In this document: in pieces, positions 20,904-30,972 of the stretch | Layout: every line of letters begins with the position of its first letter | How positions within the stretch are numbered: the stretch's first letter is position 1 | DNA from: Leptospiraceae bacterium | GTDB taxonomy: Bacteria; Spirochaetota; Leptospiria; Leptospirales; Leptonemataceae | Reading direction: 5' to 3' | NCBI GenBank assembly: GCA_040217195.1 | Contig: JAVJNR010000003.1 | Location: 224,001 to 288,000, forward strand | DNA length: 64,000 nt | Position numbers and translations under genes: made by a program | Notes under the pieces: model-generated | Told to the model about the DNA's origin: nothing | Seen by the model: the letters and a program-made list of their open reading frames with translations, nothing else | Database searches by the model: none

Positions 20904-22949
20904 ATGCGCTCCATGCACAGTCTGCTTTTCCAACGCCCTGCTAACCAGAATTTTGTGGGCTCCCCCTTTTTGCTAATTCTACTGGCCTTCTTACTGTTGG
21001 CCACGAATTGCAATCCAGAACCGGCGGTGGACCCGCTGGCGCAAGACGGATTCATGCAGGCGCAAGCTTACAACATTTCTGATTCGCCCCTGCCTCTTGC
21101 CGGAGAATGGATGTTTCAATGGAATGAATGGGTTAACCCTTCCAGTCCACCGGAAAGGACCGATTCGAACCTACGTAAGGTCAAGGTCCCCAGTCACTGG
21201 ACGGATTATCCATCCACAGCTTCGCAACCTTCGCATGAAACAACATCAGCATCCGAGGAACAACCTTCAGTGGTTTCGAACAGAGATCCTGGATTACCAG
21301 TGAAAGGAAAGGCCTCCTTCTGGCTCCGTATTCAGTTGGATCCAAATATTGATGAGATATCTTTGCGAATACCATCCATGGATACATCCTTTGTTCTATA
21401 CTGGAACGGAAAGGAAATTGCCAGAAATGGATATCTGACAGACGATCTCCAGGGAACCAAACCGGTTTACTATGCCCCCCAGCAGGTTCGCGTGCCTAAC
21501 CAGAAAGAAAATCTTCTGGTCATTCATATGGGTAACCTGGTGTACCCGCGGCCTGGACTCCGGGACACCATCCTGATAGGCACAGAAAAGCTAATTTCCG
21601 GAATATCGAGCTACAGTAATTATTTTGCATTCTTCATCATTGGAGCTCTGAGCCTATTAACAATCTATCATCTCGGTATCTATGCAATGCGAAGGGAAGA
21701 TCGGTCCCCATTGTATTTTTCTCTTTTCTGTATGATCATTCTGGTGCGACTTCTTGTCACCGGAGAGGGACTGGCGTATCGCTTCTGGCCCATTAACTGG
21801 AACATATCCACAGCGCTTGAATACCTGACTTTTTATCTGGCTCCCGTTCCCTTTCTGCTCTTTTTAAGATCTCTATACCCTGAAGAAAGGATTCGATTCG
21901 CAGATGAGACCATTTATGCAATGTCCGCCAGCTATGCGCTGTTCGTATTGGTTGCACCCATCGGTCTTTACACACAGTCCCTGGCATCATACCAGGTTGT
22001 GGCAGCCCTGTGCGTTGTATATGCCCTGGGGATTCTTACTGTGGCCGCCATTCGCGGTCGCGACACAGCCCGCAGCTTTATGGTCGGAGCCCTTATCCTT
22101 ATCGCAACCCTGGTAAACGATATTCTTTATTCTCAAAGAATAATCCAATCCATGTTTATCTTTCCTGCGGGCGTATTCTTATTCTTCTTTTCGCAGGCAT
22201 TCTTGCTGAGCCGTCGATTTGCCATAGCTTTCCGCACGGCAGAAACCCTTACACTTGAACTGGATCAGAAAGTCAAAGATCGAACAAAGGACCTGGAACT
22301 TGCCCGAAATCGTTCGGATGAACTGCTTCGTAACATCCTGCCTGATTCAGTAGCCCAGGAACTAAAAGAGAAAGGATCGGTAACGCCTCAGTATCATCCT
22401 CTGGTCACAGTCCTTTTTGTGGACTTTGTGGACTTTACTCGAATTAGCGAGCGCTGGCATCCCAGTGAACTGGTAACTGAGCTGGATGCCTGTTTTAGCG
22501 CATTTGATGAGATTACCCAGAGAAATCACCTGGAAAAGCTCAAAACCATTGGCGATTCGTATATGGCAGCAGCCGGCATTCCGCTATCCAGAGCTGATCA
22601 TGCATTTCTGGCCTGCGAGGCAGCGCTAGAAATCTCTTCATGGATGCATTCCTACCAATCCAGAATGGAGATGGCTCGCAATCCGGTCTGGAATTTTAGG
22701 ATAGGAATGCACAGTGGTCCAGTAACGGCCGGTGTTATAGGTACCAATAAGTTTGCCTACGATATCTGGGGCGATACAGTGAACACTGCCAGTCGAATGG
22801 AACGATTTGCACCTCCGGGACAGATAAATATTTCCGCTGCCACATACGAAATTGTAAAGGAACGGTACAACTGCGAAACGAGAGAGAAAGTAGAGATTCC
22901 AGGAAAAGGTTTAATGCAATGTTACTCTCTGGCCAGAAAACCAGTTTGA
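20904..22949 (+). CDS. adenylate/guanylate cyclase with extracellular domain and 7TM-DISM region
   Basis: LAGEW.F.W; 7 TM helices; VLFVDFVDFT, LEKLKTIGDSYM, RIGMHSGPV, YDIWGDTVNTASRME. Confidence 0.95.
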   Translation: MRSMHSLLFQRPANQNFVGSPFLLILLAFLLLATNCNPEPAVDPLAQDGFMQAQAYNISDSPLPLAGEWMFQWNEWVNPSSPPERTDSNLRKVKVPSHWTDYPSTASQPSHETTSASEEQPSVVSNRDPGLPVKGKASFWLRIQLDPNIDEISLRIPSMDTSFVLYWNGKEIARNGYLTDDLQGTKPVYYAPQQVRVPNQKENLLVIHMGNLVYPRPGLRDTILIGTEKLISGISSYSNYFAFFIIGALSLLTIYHLGIYAMRREDRSPLYFSLFCMIILVRLLVTGEGLAYRFWPINWNISTALEYLTFYLAPVPFLLFLRSLYPEERIRFADETIYAMSASYALFVLVAPIGLYTQSLASYQVVAALCVVYALGILTVAAIRGRDTARSFMVGALILIATLVNDILYSQRIIQSMFIFPAGVFLFFFSQAFLLSRRFAIAFRTAETLTLELDQKVKDRTKDLELARNRSDELLRNILPDSVAQELKEKGSVTPQYHPLVTVLFVDFVDFTRISERWHPSELVTELDACFSAFDEITQRNHLEKLKTIGDSYMAAAGIPLSRADHAFLACEAALEISSWMHSYQSRMEMARNPVWNFRIGMHSGPVTAGVIGTNKFAYDIWGDTVNTASRMERFAPPGQINISAATYEIVKERYNCETREKVEIPGKGLMQCYSLARKPV

Positions 22950-23208
22950 TAGATTTAAAATTGAAGTCTCACTGTGATCTGACACTGTAAACTTGTTTCC
23001 ATATTATGACTTACAGCTCTGAAGAGGACCGTAAATTCATTCAAGCTCATTACCAGAGAATAGATGGCTCTACAAAGATTCCTGCTGCATTCAAGACCTC
23101 GCAGTCCAGATAAAATCCGGAGCAACACAGATACATCATATCACACCGGACTGTGCAATGGTTTTGCCCATAAATTCTGGCAGACAAGAAGTTCTCAGCG
23201 ACTTATGA

Positions 23209-23964
23209 TTGACCATGATTCTAATGCCCATGGCCAGCGAAGAGTTCGATCCCACCGAAGCGTCCATACTGTACAAGCATCTGCATGAAGCAGGCTATGA
23301 AGTGACCTTTGCCACATCCGATGGCCGGCCTGCCAGCCCCGACGATCGAATGATGACCGGACGCAGCCTGGGGATCTGGTCCGGAATGCTTAAAGCTCGC
23401 GCCGATGCCGTGGAAGCGTGCGAACTCATGATGAAGGACCCGGCCTTCCAGTCCCCCATTCAATGGAATGAAATGAAACCATCAAGATTTCGTGCACTTG
23501 CCCTGCACGGTGGTCATGGTCCCGGAATGCGTCCTTATCTGGAATCCACCGAAATCATGAATGTGATTCGCACTTTCATAGAGGAAAAAAAACCTCTGGG
23601 AGCGATTTGTCATGGAGTAGTGCTTCTGGCCCGAACCCAAAAAGCCGATGGAACCTCTGTAATTCACGGCCGAAAATGCACTACATTACTGAAATCTCAG
23701 GAACTGGCCGCCCACAACATGACCAGGGTCTGGCTCAAGGACTACTATCGTACCTATCCCGACACCACCTGTCAGGATGAAGTGACCGCCGCATTAAAGG
23801 ATCCAGGAGACTTTCAAATTGGCCCAAGACCTCTGTTTCGAGATTCACCCGGAAAACTAAATCGCGGATTCGCCTTCCGAGATGAAAACCTAATAACTGC
23901 ACGTTGGCCAGGAGATGCATACAACTATGCAAGAGGCTTTTTGGATTTGTTGAAAGATCATTGA
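23209..23964 (+). CDS. DJ-1/PfpI (type 1 glutamine amidotransferase-like) protein
   Basis: FDPTE, FATSDG, GGHGPGMRPYLES, GAICHG, TARWPGD. Confidence 0.9.
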   Translation: MTMILMPMASEEFDPTEASILYKHLHEAGYEVTFATSDGRPASPDDRMMTGRSLGIWSGMLKARADAVEACELMMKDPAFQSPIQWNEMKPSRFRALALHGGHGPGMRPYLESTEIMNVIRTFIEEKKPLGAICHGVVLLARTQKADGTSVIHGRKCTTLLKSQELAAHNMTRVWLKDYYRTYPDTTCQDEVTAALKDPGDFQIGPRPLFRDSPGKLNRGFAFRDENLITARWPGDAYNYARGFLDLLKDH

Positions 23965-24126
23965 GGTCCAGGGCCTCAATAATGAACGGTATGGATCATA
24001 GGCCATGCGATCATCGAGTGCAACTGGCAGGCTCCAGTGCTCCGTTCCGGGCAGAATCCCGGAATGCCAGACCGGGCGTATGAATTTCTCAAAATAGGAC
24101 CGGTCAAACCAGGTAGCCGTGGCTAT

Positions 24127-24546
24127 TCAGTTCGCACAAACAGTAAGAATTCTATCATCTGGCTCGGAGCAAAAGGCCAAATCACAATCCCGGTCCGGCC
24201 CATTCTCGCTGCAGAGATTCAATTGTTTCCTTACCGTCTTTCGCATTCTCTCAAGCTCCCGGATTGAATTTTCCAGAATCGTCAGACGCTGATCGAGCGT
24301 TTCACGCAACGATAAGCAACTGGACTCAGTTTTCTCCCCGGGATTCGTCAATTCTTTGATTTCTGAAATTGTAAGTCCCAGTGTCTTGAGCTCAGTTATC
24401 CAGTCTACTTTAGTCTTTAACTCCGGGGGATAATCCCGGTATCCATTTTCGCCACGAGGCACTTTTCCCAGCAACCCCTGCTTCTCATAGAACCTTAAAG
24501 TGTCTCTCGATAATCCAGATAATCGCCCCAGTTCACCAATTCTCAT
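24127..24546 (-). CDS. metal-responsive MerR family regulator (ZntR/CadR-like)
   Basis: MRIGELGRLSGLSRDTLRFYEKQGLL, NGYRDY; Cys at the start of the dimer helix (SSCL) and a C-terminal C-x8-C-x4-C. Confidence 0.9.
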   Translation of the reverse strand: MRIGELGRLSGLSRDTLRFYEKQGLLGKVPRGENGYRDYPPELKTKVDWITELKTLGLTISEIKELTNPGEKTESSCLSLRETLDQRLTILENSIRELERMRKTVRKQLNLCSENGPDRDCDLAFCSEPDDRILTVCAN

Positions 24547-24564
24547 TTTTTTTACCCCCCACTA

Positions 24565-24596
24565 TTGACCCTGGACTGCACTCCAGGGCTTACATT
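24565..24596 (+). promoter_or_regulatory. MerR-type promoter with 20-bp spacer and dyad operator
   Basis: TTGACC-[CTGGACTGCACTCCAGGGCT]-TACATT; dyad CCCTGGA-N6-TCCAGGG. Confidence 0.85.
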
Positions 24597-24636
24597 GAAC
24601 CAACTAACGCTCAATCGAATAGACAAGGAGGAACCT

Positions 24637-25092
24637 ATGAAAAGAAAAAGAATACTATTGGCCGGAGGTGCAGGACTTCTGGGCACATTATTTATGACTC
24701 TTCTTATGCTTGTTGGAGTGAATTCAGGCATGGCACCTATGCCGGAGCCCATTCCGCGCGCCATCGTTGGTAGTCTGCTACCTCTTTCAGGTGCTCCGCT
24801 AATGCTCGTAGCCATGATCTCTCATTTTGTGTATGGAGCTGTATGGGCTATTCTGGCGGACCAAACCTTTCCGGATTTTGACTGGATTCGCGGAATCATG
24901 CTCGGCGCTTTTCTGTGGATCATCATGCAGCTTGTGGTCCTACCCCTGATTGGCTGGGGATTCTTTGGAATCAACCATACACCTGCCATCGCAGTGGCCA
25001 CTCTGATTCTTCATTTGATCTATGGAGCGACCACCGGTCTCATTATTCAAAAATGGGTTAGCACAGCAGATAAAGCGAACTCAGCGGTTTGA
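24637..25092 (+). CDS. 4-TM membrane protein with intramembrane His (DUF6789-like)
   Basis: AGGAGG RBS; SHFVYG and LHLIYG helices. Confidence 0.8.
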   Translation: MKRKRILLAGGAGLLGTLFMTLLMLVGVNSGMAPMPEPIPRAIVGSLLPLSGAPLMLVAMISHFVYGAVWAILADQTFPDFDWIRGIMLGAFLWIIMQLVVLPLIGWGFFGINHTPAIAVATLILHLIYGATTGLIIQKWVSTADKANSAV

Positions 25093-25103
25093 TGGCAGTC
25101 GGC

Positions 25104-25138
25104 CTCCTGGTTGCCTGCAGAAAACAGGCAGCCAGGAG
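25104..25138 (+). terminator. 14-bp hairpin after the membrane protein gene
   Basis: CTCCTGGTTGCCTG-CAGAAAA-CAGGCAGCCAGGAG. Confidence 0.55.
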
Positions 25139-25205
25139 ATGAAAGATCAAGCTATGAAAATGAAAATCTACTGACCGTAAACCCGGAAATCCAAACTCTG
25201 GGACT

Positions 25206-26237
25206 ATGAAGTTTCGCGAACAGATTGTCGAATCCGCCGGCCTTAAGCTCTATATGAAATGGGCCAATCCGACCGGGTCGAAAACGACAGTGCTTTTTCT
25301 GCATGGTTTTCCAGACGATCATGACACCTGGAGTTATCAGCTAGAAGGTCTGGCCAGGCGATACAGAGTAGCAGCACTGGAGCTTCGCGGAGTGAACCGT
25401 AGTCAGAGACCTCGTCCCGGAAAGGCTTATGCGATTCGAAACATTTTGCCAGACATCAGTCGTACCATTGAGGCCCTGGGAGGCGAAAGGGTACATTTGA
25501 TTGGCCATGATTGGGGTAGCATGATCGGTTGGTGTTACGCCACGGATCCAATATACAGCCAGAACTTGATTAGCTATCAGGGAATGTCCGCCCCGCACCC
25601 GGGAACCATACTCACCTACATGGCAGAGAAGCTCAAAGGATTTAACCTGGGACCTCTCGGGCGGCAACTGCTCAAATCCTGGTATGTTTGGTTCTTTCAG
25701 ATTCCATTTCTGCCAGAGTTTTCGATTCGCATACTTCCCCCGGAATGGAGAGGGCGATTGCTGAAAAAAGGTGGCATGTCCGCATCCGATCCGCTGGTCC
25801 TTAAGTCCACCGAAGAATTCGCGGCCATAACAACTGGTACTATCAATCTGTACCGACAACTGATTCGGCGACGACCAGGCCGGCCAATGCAGCCGGTTAT
25901 TCCCACCCAGCAGATTATTCCATCCGGGGATTTATTTGTTTCCAGAGAATTGTATCATGGCCAGACAAAACTCCTGGCCGGGCCGAATTATGGGGAAGTT
26001 CCCGTGGATGGTCCACACTGGATTCATCGCACACAGCCAGAATTGATCAATCGGATCCTTATAGATTTTATTGAAAAGAACGGATCCGAGGTTGCCACCA
26101 AAGGCGGCATGAAGCGAAAAGAAGCAAGCCCCACTGCAAGTTCCGGCCGGCGAAGCAAGGGCAATGCGACGCGTCCTGTAGAGAAGAAATCGAAAAAGAA
26201 GACCAGTAAACGCTCGGCTAAAAAAAATAGGCCCTAG
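25206..26237 (+). CDS. alpha/beta hydrolase (epoxide hydrolase-like) with basic C-terminal tail
   Basis: LHGFPD, GHDWG, SWYVWFFQIP, GPHWIH. Confidence 0.9.
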   Translation: MKFREQIVESAGLKLYMKWANPTGSKTTVLFLHGFPDDHDTWSYQLEGLARRYRVAALELRGVNRSQRPRPGKAYAIRNILPDISRTIEALGGERVHLIGHDWGSMIGWCYATDPIYSQNLISYQGMSAPHPGTILTYMAEKLKGFNLGPLGRQLLKSWYVWFFQIPFLPEFSIRILPPEWRGRLLKKGGMSASDPLVLKSTEEFAAITTGTINLYRQLIRRRPGRPMQPVIPTQQIIPSGDLFVSRELYHGQTKLLAGPNYGEVPVDGPHWIHRTQPELINRILIDFIEKNGSEVATKGGMKRKEASPTASSGRRSKGNATRPVEKKSKKKTSKRSAKKNRP

Positions 26238-26523
26238 TATCCAGATTCCTTTGTCCGCAAAACGATAATCGAATACCGATTTACCAGACGTTAAGAGTCT
26301 GCCATTCGGGCCCGGGTATTTTCATCGAGCGGTTTTCAGAGTCACTGCTGCAATGTTTTATGCTGTACCGAAGTCCAGGCACCTGGAGAATTTTGCCGGG
26401 AGCCGTAGATTCTTGACCATACCTGTATCTTTCCTTTCACCTCGAACCGCAGACTTCCGCATTTTTCGCATCCAACGCCGATTTCGCTTGAACCTGAAGT
26501 AGACAGGACCGGTCTTAACTATA

Positions 26524-27339
26524 ATGAAATCTGGAATTTCGCTTAAAGGGGCTGTTGCCCTGACCCTGATCATTTCTGCTGCTTCCCTATTTGCTGGCCC
26601 CGCTAACCCCTGGAAATCTGAATTAACCGGCCGTGAGATTTCCTTTATCTTTCGCTGTGCTCTATTGAAAGAAGACCCCTCCTGGATGTGGGCCAACGAT
26701 GGAGAGACCATTCGGGTAGGTGCACATGAATTTGGGCACCTTCTGGGGGCCGCTCAGCATATCCGATACAGTGCATTGCCTACCTGCATCACCCATTATG
26801 CAATCCTGGATTATCCTTCGGAAGAAAGAGATTACTTTCATGGCCTGTCTGCACTTTCTGGAATTCCCATATTTCAGGAAAGACAGGGCTCCCAAATCTA
26901 TTCAAACGAAATCAACTATTACAATCCTACCTTGATTAGCTGGATCAAAGACAATATGATCCCGGATCCGAATACTCCTTTGACTCTGGAAGCCAATTTC
27001 CAGAAGCTCTACGATATTGTTGCGAAGCGAAATGCTAGAATCCTGGCATACACTCTTGTTGAACTCAAACGGTCCGGTGATCTTAAGAAACATTATGAAA
27101 AGTACCTGGAATTGAATGGTCAGGGCCGAGTGGATATGAAGCATACTATTCTTCGAGATTCTCCACTTCAAGATGTTTACAGCGCTGAGCAAAACGATCC
27201 GTACGGATACAACTTTGGACCCGGTCATGCAGCCACTTTCTGGTTTCGCCGAGAAATGGATGGGACGACTGAGGACGTGATGGAGCTTCTGAAAGCCGTA
27301 TTTCAGAGATACGATCAGGAAGCTCTGAGCCAACTATAG
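26524..27339 (+). CDS. hypothetical secreted protein with HExxH-like motif
   Basis: Signal peptide; HEFGHLLGAAQH. Confidence 0.7.
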   Translation: MKSGISLKGAVALTLIISAASLFAGPANPWKSELTGREISFIFRCALLKEDPSWMWANDGETIRVGAHEFGHLLGAAQHIRYSALPTCITHYAILDYPSEERDYFHGLSALSGIPIFQERQGSQIYSNEINYYNPTLISWIKDNMIPDPNTPLTLEANFQKLYDIVAKRNARILAYTLVELKRSGDLKKHYEKYLELNGQGRVDMKHTILRDSPLQDVYSAEQNDPYGYNFGPGHAATFWFRREMDGTTEDVMELLKAVFQRYDQEALSQL

Positions 27340-27751
27340 TTCAGATGCTTCTAATAATTCAGGCAGAAAACCTGGTTCTACTCAGAATCGGGTTCTGGGA
27401 ATAAGTCGAACTTCCTGGCAGAATCGATTTTCATGGAGAAACGTTCGCCGGATGCTGGACGGCCAGATCACTTTCGATCACCGCCCGGGGGTTCGTATAA
27501 TATCGTTTTCTTGTTTATTACCCGAATTCTTTTACGAAACGAATTTGATTGTCAATCACGTATGGGCCTCCAGACTTTTGCCCCCCCACATTAGCCTGCA
27601 GTAACGTAGGTGCGACTTAAAGCACTGGTCGGTGTATAAGGCGAACCCGCCATCTTTCCTTGACAAACCCAGAATTTCTGATACCGGCGGAAGCCAGTAT
27701 AGTCCTGCTCAAAAACTTTTGACATATCCGGGAATAAATGCAGCGTATGCC

Positions 27752-29659
27752 ATGCGTCTTCGAATTGTACTACTTATCTTTCTTTTAGCCGTCCTGGTGG
27801 CTTGTAAACGGGAAACCTTCCAGCCGGCCAAAGAGCCAATGTCATTACGGGTAATCAATCATTCAAAACCCATCGACCTGGTGGCTGAGCCATTAAAAGA
27901 GCAGATGATCTCCTGGGACGGCAAAAGCATACCGGAACTAAAGATTGAAGGGATCCTTAACATCGAGTATCGCGATGAGTATTATCAGTATTTACAACTG
28001 AAGTGCCCTGCAGAACTAAAATGCAATGGTTCCAACGCATTTGCCCCGGTGAGCCTTGCAATGGAACTGCATCCAGATGGCAAGATTGCACCGATGTATT
28101 CTAAAGAGCATCGAAAGAAAAGACCGTTTCTCATTGTACCTTCCAATCAGAGCGAAAAGATCGATTCCCTCATGTCCTGGCTTAAGAATCCGGCAAATTC
28201 CCAGGTGCCGGAAATGTTTGATGAGCAGTTGCTAAATGCGACAGTAAACTTCTTTTTGGATTCTCTTCCGGCCCCCGAGCAGGAAGGACGGATTGCTGGC
28301 TGGTATTATCTGGGCCAGGCCATGCGAGAGGGAGACTACGATCCAAATTTCGAACCATTCCTCAAGCGCTTCAAGGAATTAGACCGAATCGCTCATATAG
28401 ATGCACGGCTCGAAGATATAAGGAAAGCCCACGAAGAAGACCGATCCCTACCCGGAGAATTGACTCTTCCGCAGGCGCAGTTTCTACAAGCCTTTAGAGA
28501 ACTGGTGAGCCCCAAATTCCTGGATTCACTGGACAGCTATTACTACGATTTCCCGTTCCTGGCCAAAACCAACTCCGGGCTGGCTTCTGCCATGAACAAT
28601 CAGAACCTGCCAGTCTATAAAGAAAGAGTCGTTAAGGATCTGCTTCAGGAAGCTAGCTACACTGCAATCAGCCGACGGATTATTCCAGCCCAGAGCAACC
28701 AAATGCTAAACGAAAATCCAGCGCCCAGCGAAATTGAAAAACCCATGGAAACCGAATCATCCGATTCCGACCTGGGGGAGGCCACGACGCAAAGCAATGG
28801 AACGTCGGAACCCGGCGAAAACCGTAAACCGAAACTGGAGGTGACCTCAAAAGAATTTTCGAAAGGAAGTGGACTTTCCATTCAGGTATCAACCGATCCT
28901 ATCGTTCAATTAACGTCCATTCGCGCAAAGCCCCACAAAAAGGGATTGAACCTGGTCGTTCTCGGAGTTGCAAAAGACAGCGGAAACAAGTATGAATATG
29001 AACTGGAGCCCGGAAAGGAATCCAGCTATTTGCTTGCAGCACGATCATCCACGGTTCAAAAATTCAAAGCTATGTCAGATGATGAAATAATGGAAAAACC
29101 TGACTATGCGCATCGGCTATTTCTTGCGGCCTTAAAGTACGGACAGGGAAAATATGAAAAGAAAGAAAGAAAATTCCAGTATGTGGTACAGATGGACCAG
29201 CCTGCCTACTGGAAAATTCTCACTATTATCAAATCCAATCAGGCCATCGATGTTCACGACGAAAGCACATATTCAGGCCCTCTGGAAATGGCAGAAAGCG
29301 AATCCAGGTTACGCTGGGCACAGCACTACGACAAAGACTTGAATCTATCCCAGTTAAAACTTCACGGCTATTTCCACATGTGCGAAAGAGGCTGCTGGGA
29401 TGAAACTATTGAAGTTTCCTGTCTGGACAATACAGAAGACAGCTTTCTGATTCTTGAGTTTCCTGCAAAAGCATTAACGCAAGAATCTTTCCAGAAAGAA
29501 GATATCGAAGCCCTGCTGGTCCATAAAAAGCTGAGCACGAACGAAACCTACTACATGGATCAACTTTGCACACAGGCTCTGGGGATTCCAGTGCAGGAAG
29601 AGTTCACGGATTGGATTGCAGGTCTACCTCAAGGGCATTCCAATGTGGCCGCCCGATAA
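27752..29659 (+). CDS. hypothetical lipoprotein
   Basis: MRLRIVLLIFLLAVLVAC lipobox; long ORF. Confidence 0.75.
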   Translation: MRLRIVLLIFLLAVLVACKRETFQPAKEPMSLRVINHSKPIDLVAEPLKEQMISWDGKSIPELKIEGILNIEYRDEYYQYLQLKCPAELKCNGSNAFAPVSLAMELHPDGKIAPMYSKEHRKKRPFLIVPSNQSEKIDSLMSWLKNPANSQVPEMFDEQLLNATVNFFLDSLPAPEQEGRIAGWYYLGQAMREGDYDPNFEPFLKRFKELDRIAHIDARLEDIRKAHEEDRSLPGELTLPQAQFLQAFRELVSPKFLDSLDSYYYDFPFLAKTNSGLASAMNNQNLPVYKERVVKDLLQEASYTAISRRIIPAQSNQMLNENPAPSEIEKPMETESSDSDLGEATTQSNGTSEPGENRKPKLEVTSKEFSKGSGLSIQVSTDPIVQLTSIRAKPHKKGLNLVVLGVAKDSGNKYEYELEPGKESSYLLAARSSTVQKFKAMSDDEIMEKPDYAHRLFLAALKYGQGKYEKKERKFQYVVQMDQPAYWKILTIIKSNQAIDVHDESTYSGPLEMAESESRLRWAQHYDKDLNLSQLKLHGYFHMCERGCWDETIEVSCLDNTEDSFLILEFPAKALTQESFQKEDIEALLVHKKLSTNETYYMDQLCTQALGIPVQEEFTDWIAGLPQGHSNVAAR

Positions 29660-29687
29660 GCCATTCCCTGGAATAGTATAATCCGGA

Positions 29688-30914
29688 ATGTCTCCCTGGC
29701 GAATTCCATTGCTCAGTCTCGTCATTCTGGCCCTTTCCACCGGAATCCTCTTGCTGGCCTCCCCGGCCCGACAGACGGTTGCACCCCGGCTCTCCGGTGC
29801 TCAGATTTACGGAAAGATTCAGGGGTTGGGTCCGGGCTGTGCTGGTTGCCATCTGAGCGTAAAACTGGGTCTGGACGGACCGGCCGCCTCGGGTCTAAGC
29901 AAGGGAATACACCCTGTGCGAAAAAAACTTCTGGAGCATCCGTTCTTCGAATTGGACTCCCGGGAATGTACCGGCTGTCATACGAAAGTCCACAAGTCCT
30001 GGAACGATTCTGCCCATGGTCAATCATTCAGTAATCCCATCTTTCAACATGCATTCAAAAGGGACAAAAAGGCCTGGTGCTTGAACTGCCATGCCCCCCT
30101 CTGGGAACCGGACTCCATGGATCCAGAGCAAATCGCCAGAGATCCGGATTTTCGTGCGCTTTACGCTCAGGGAATTAACTGCGCAACCTGCCATATACGG
30201 AATGGTGCCATTGTTGGTCCCACGAACTTTTCCGGTAGAGAAGAAGAACTATTTCATCCAGTGACCTACGATCCAGGGTTGGGCCGGGAAACCTTCTGCG
30301 CAGGCTGTCATCAGTTTAACTTTGTAGATAAGTTGGAACCTTTCGTCGTGTATGCAAACGATATGGCCATGCAAAACACAGTAGCCGAGTTTACAGAGCA
30401 TCGCAAAACTCTGCCTTCCAATCTGAAAAAACAATGCGTTGATTGTCATTTCAGTCCAGAACATCAATTAAAAACCGCAATCCAGACTTCCAGCACACCA
30501 GAGATAGAACTAACTCTGAAGCTGGAGCGCCTGTACCAGAAGACTGAAAAGACAAACAACTATCGACTGACCTGGAGTATCCAGATGAACAACCTGGGGC
30601 ATCATTATCCCACAGGAGATCTATTCCGGATTCTTACTCTGTACGCTTACGACAGTAGCGGAAATGAAGTCTATCGATACGACTTTAGAAAAGAGGTTCG
30701 AGTCATCGATCGCGCCCTTGTTCGCGATACAACACTGAAACCTGAGGCTGGATCAATGATCGCCCGAAGAAATTCAGAAGTTTTTCTCTCGGTGCCAGCA
30801 AAACGGTGCGAACTGGTATACCGATTACAGGGAAGCATAGAGCCAAAAATTCATTCGGAATTCGAAACCGGCGTCCTGAGAAAAACTCTGTATAGCGGTC
30901 CATGCAAGAAATAG
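29688..30914 (+). CDS. multiheme c-type cytochrome (6 CxxCH, c554-like)
   Basis: CAGCH, CTGCH, CLNCH, CATCH, CAGCH, CVDCH; W..SAH and GHHYPTGD; N-terminal anchor. Confidence 0.9.
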   Translation: MSPWRIPLLSLVILALSTGILLLASPARQTVAPRLSGAQIYGKIQGLGPGCAGCHLSVKLGLDGPAASGLSKGIHPVRKKLLEHPFFELDSRECTGCHTKVHKSWNDSAHGQSFSNPIFQHAFKRDKKAWCLNCHAPLWEPDSMDPEQIARDPDFRALYAQGINCATCHIRNGAIVGPTNFSGREEELFHPVTYDPGLGRETFCAGCHQFNFVDKLEPFVVYANDMAMQNTVAEFTEHRKTLPSNLKKQCVDCHFSPEHQLKTAIQTSSTPEIELTLKLERLYQKTEKTNNYRLTWSIQMNNLGHHYPTGDLFRILTLYAYDSSGNEVYRYDFRKEVRVIDRALVRDTTLKPEAGSMIARRNSEVFLSVPAKRCELVYRLQGSIEPKIHSEFETGVLRKTLYSGPCKK

Positions 30915-30972
30915 ACATCTCCAGACCAACTATAGTTCAGCTGCTTTTCAAGACCCGGGAAACGTTAAATCA

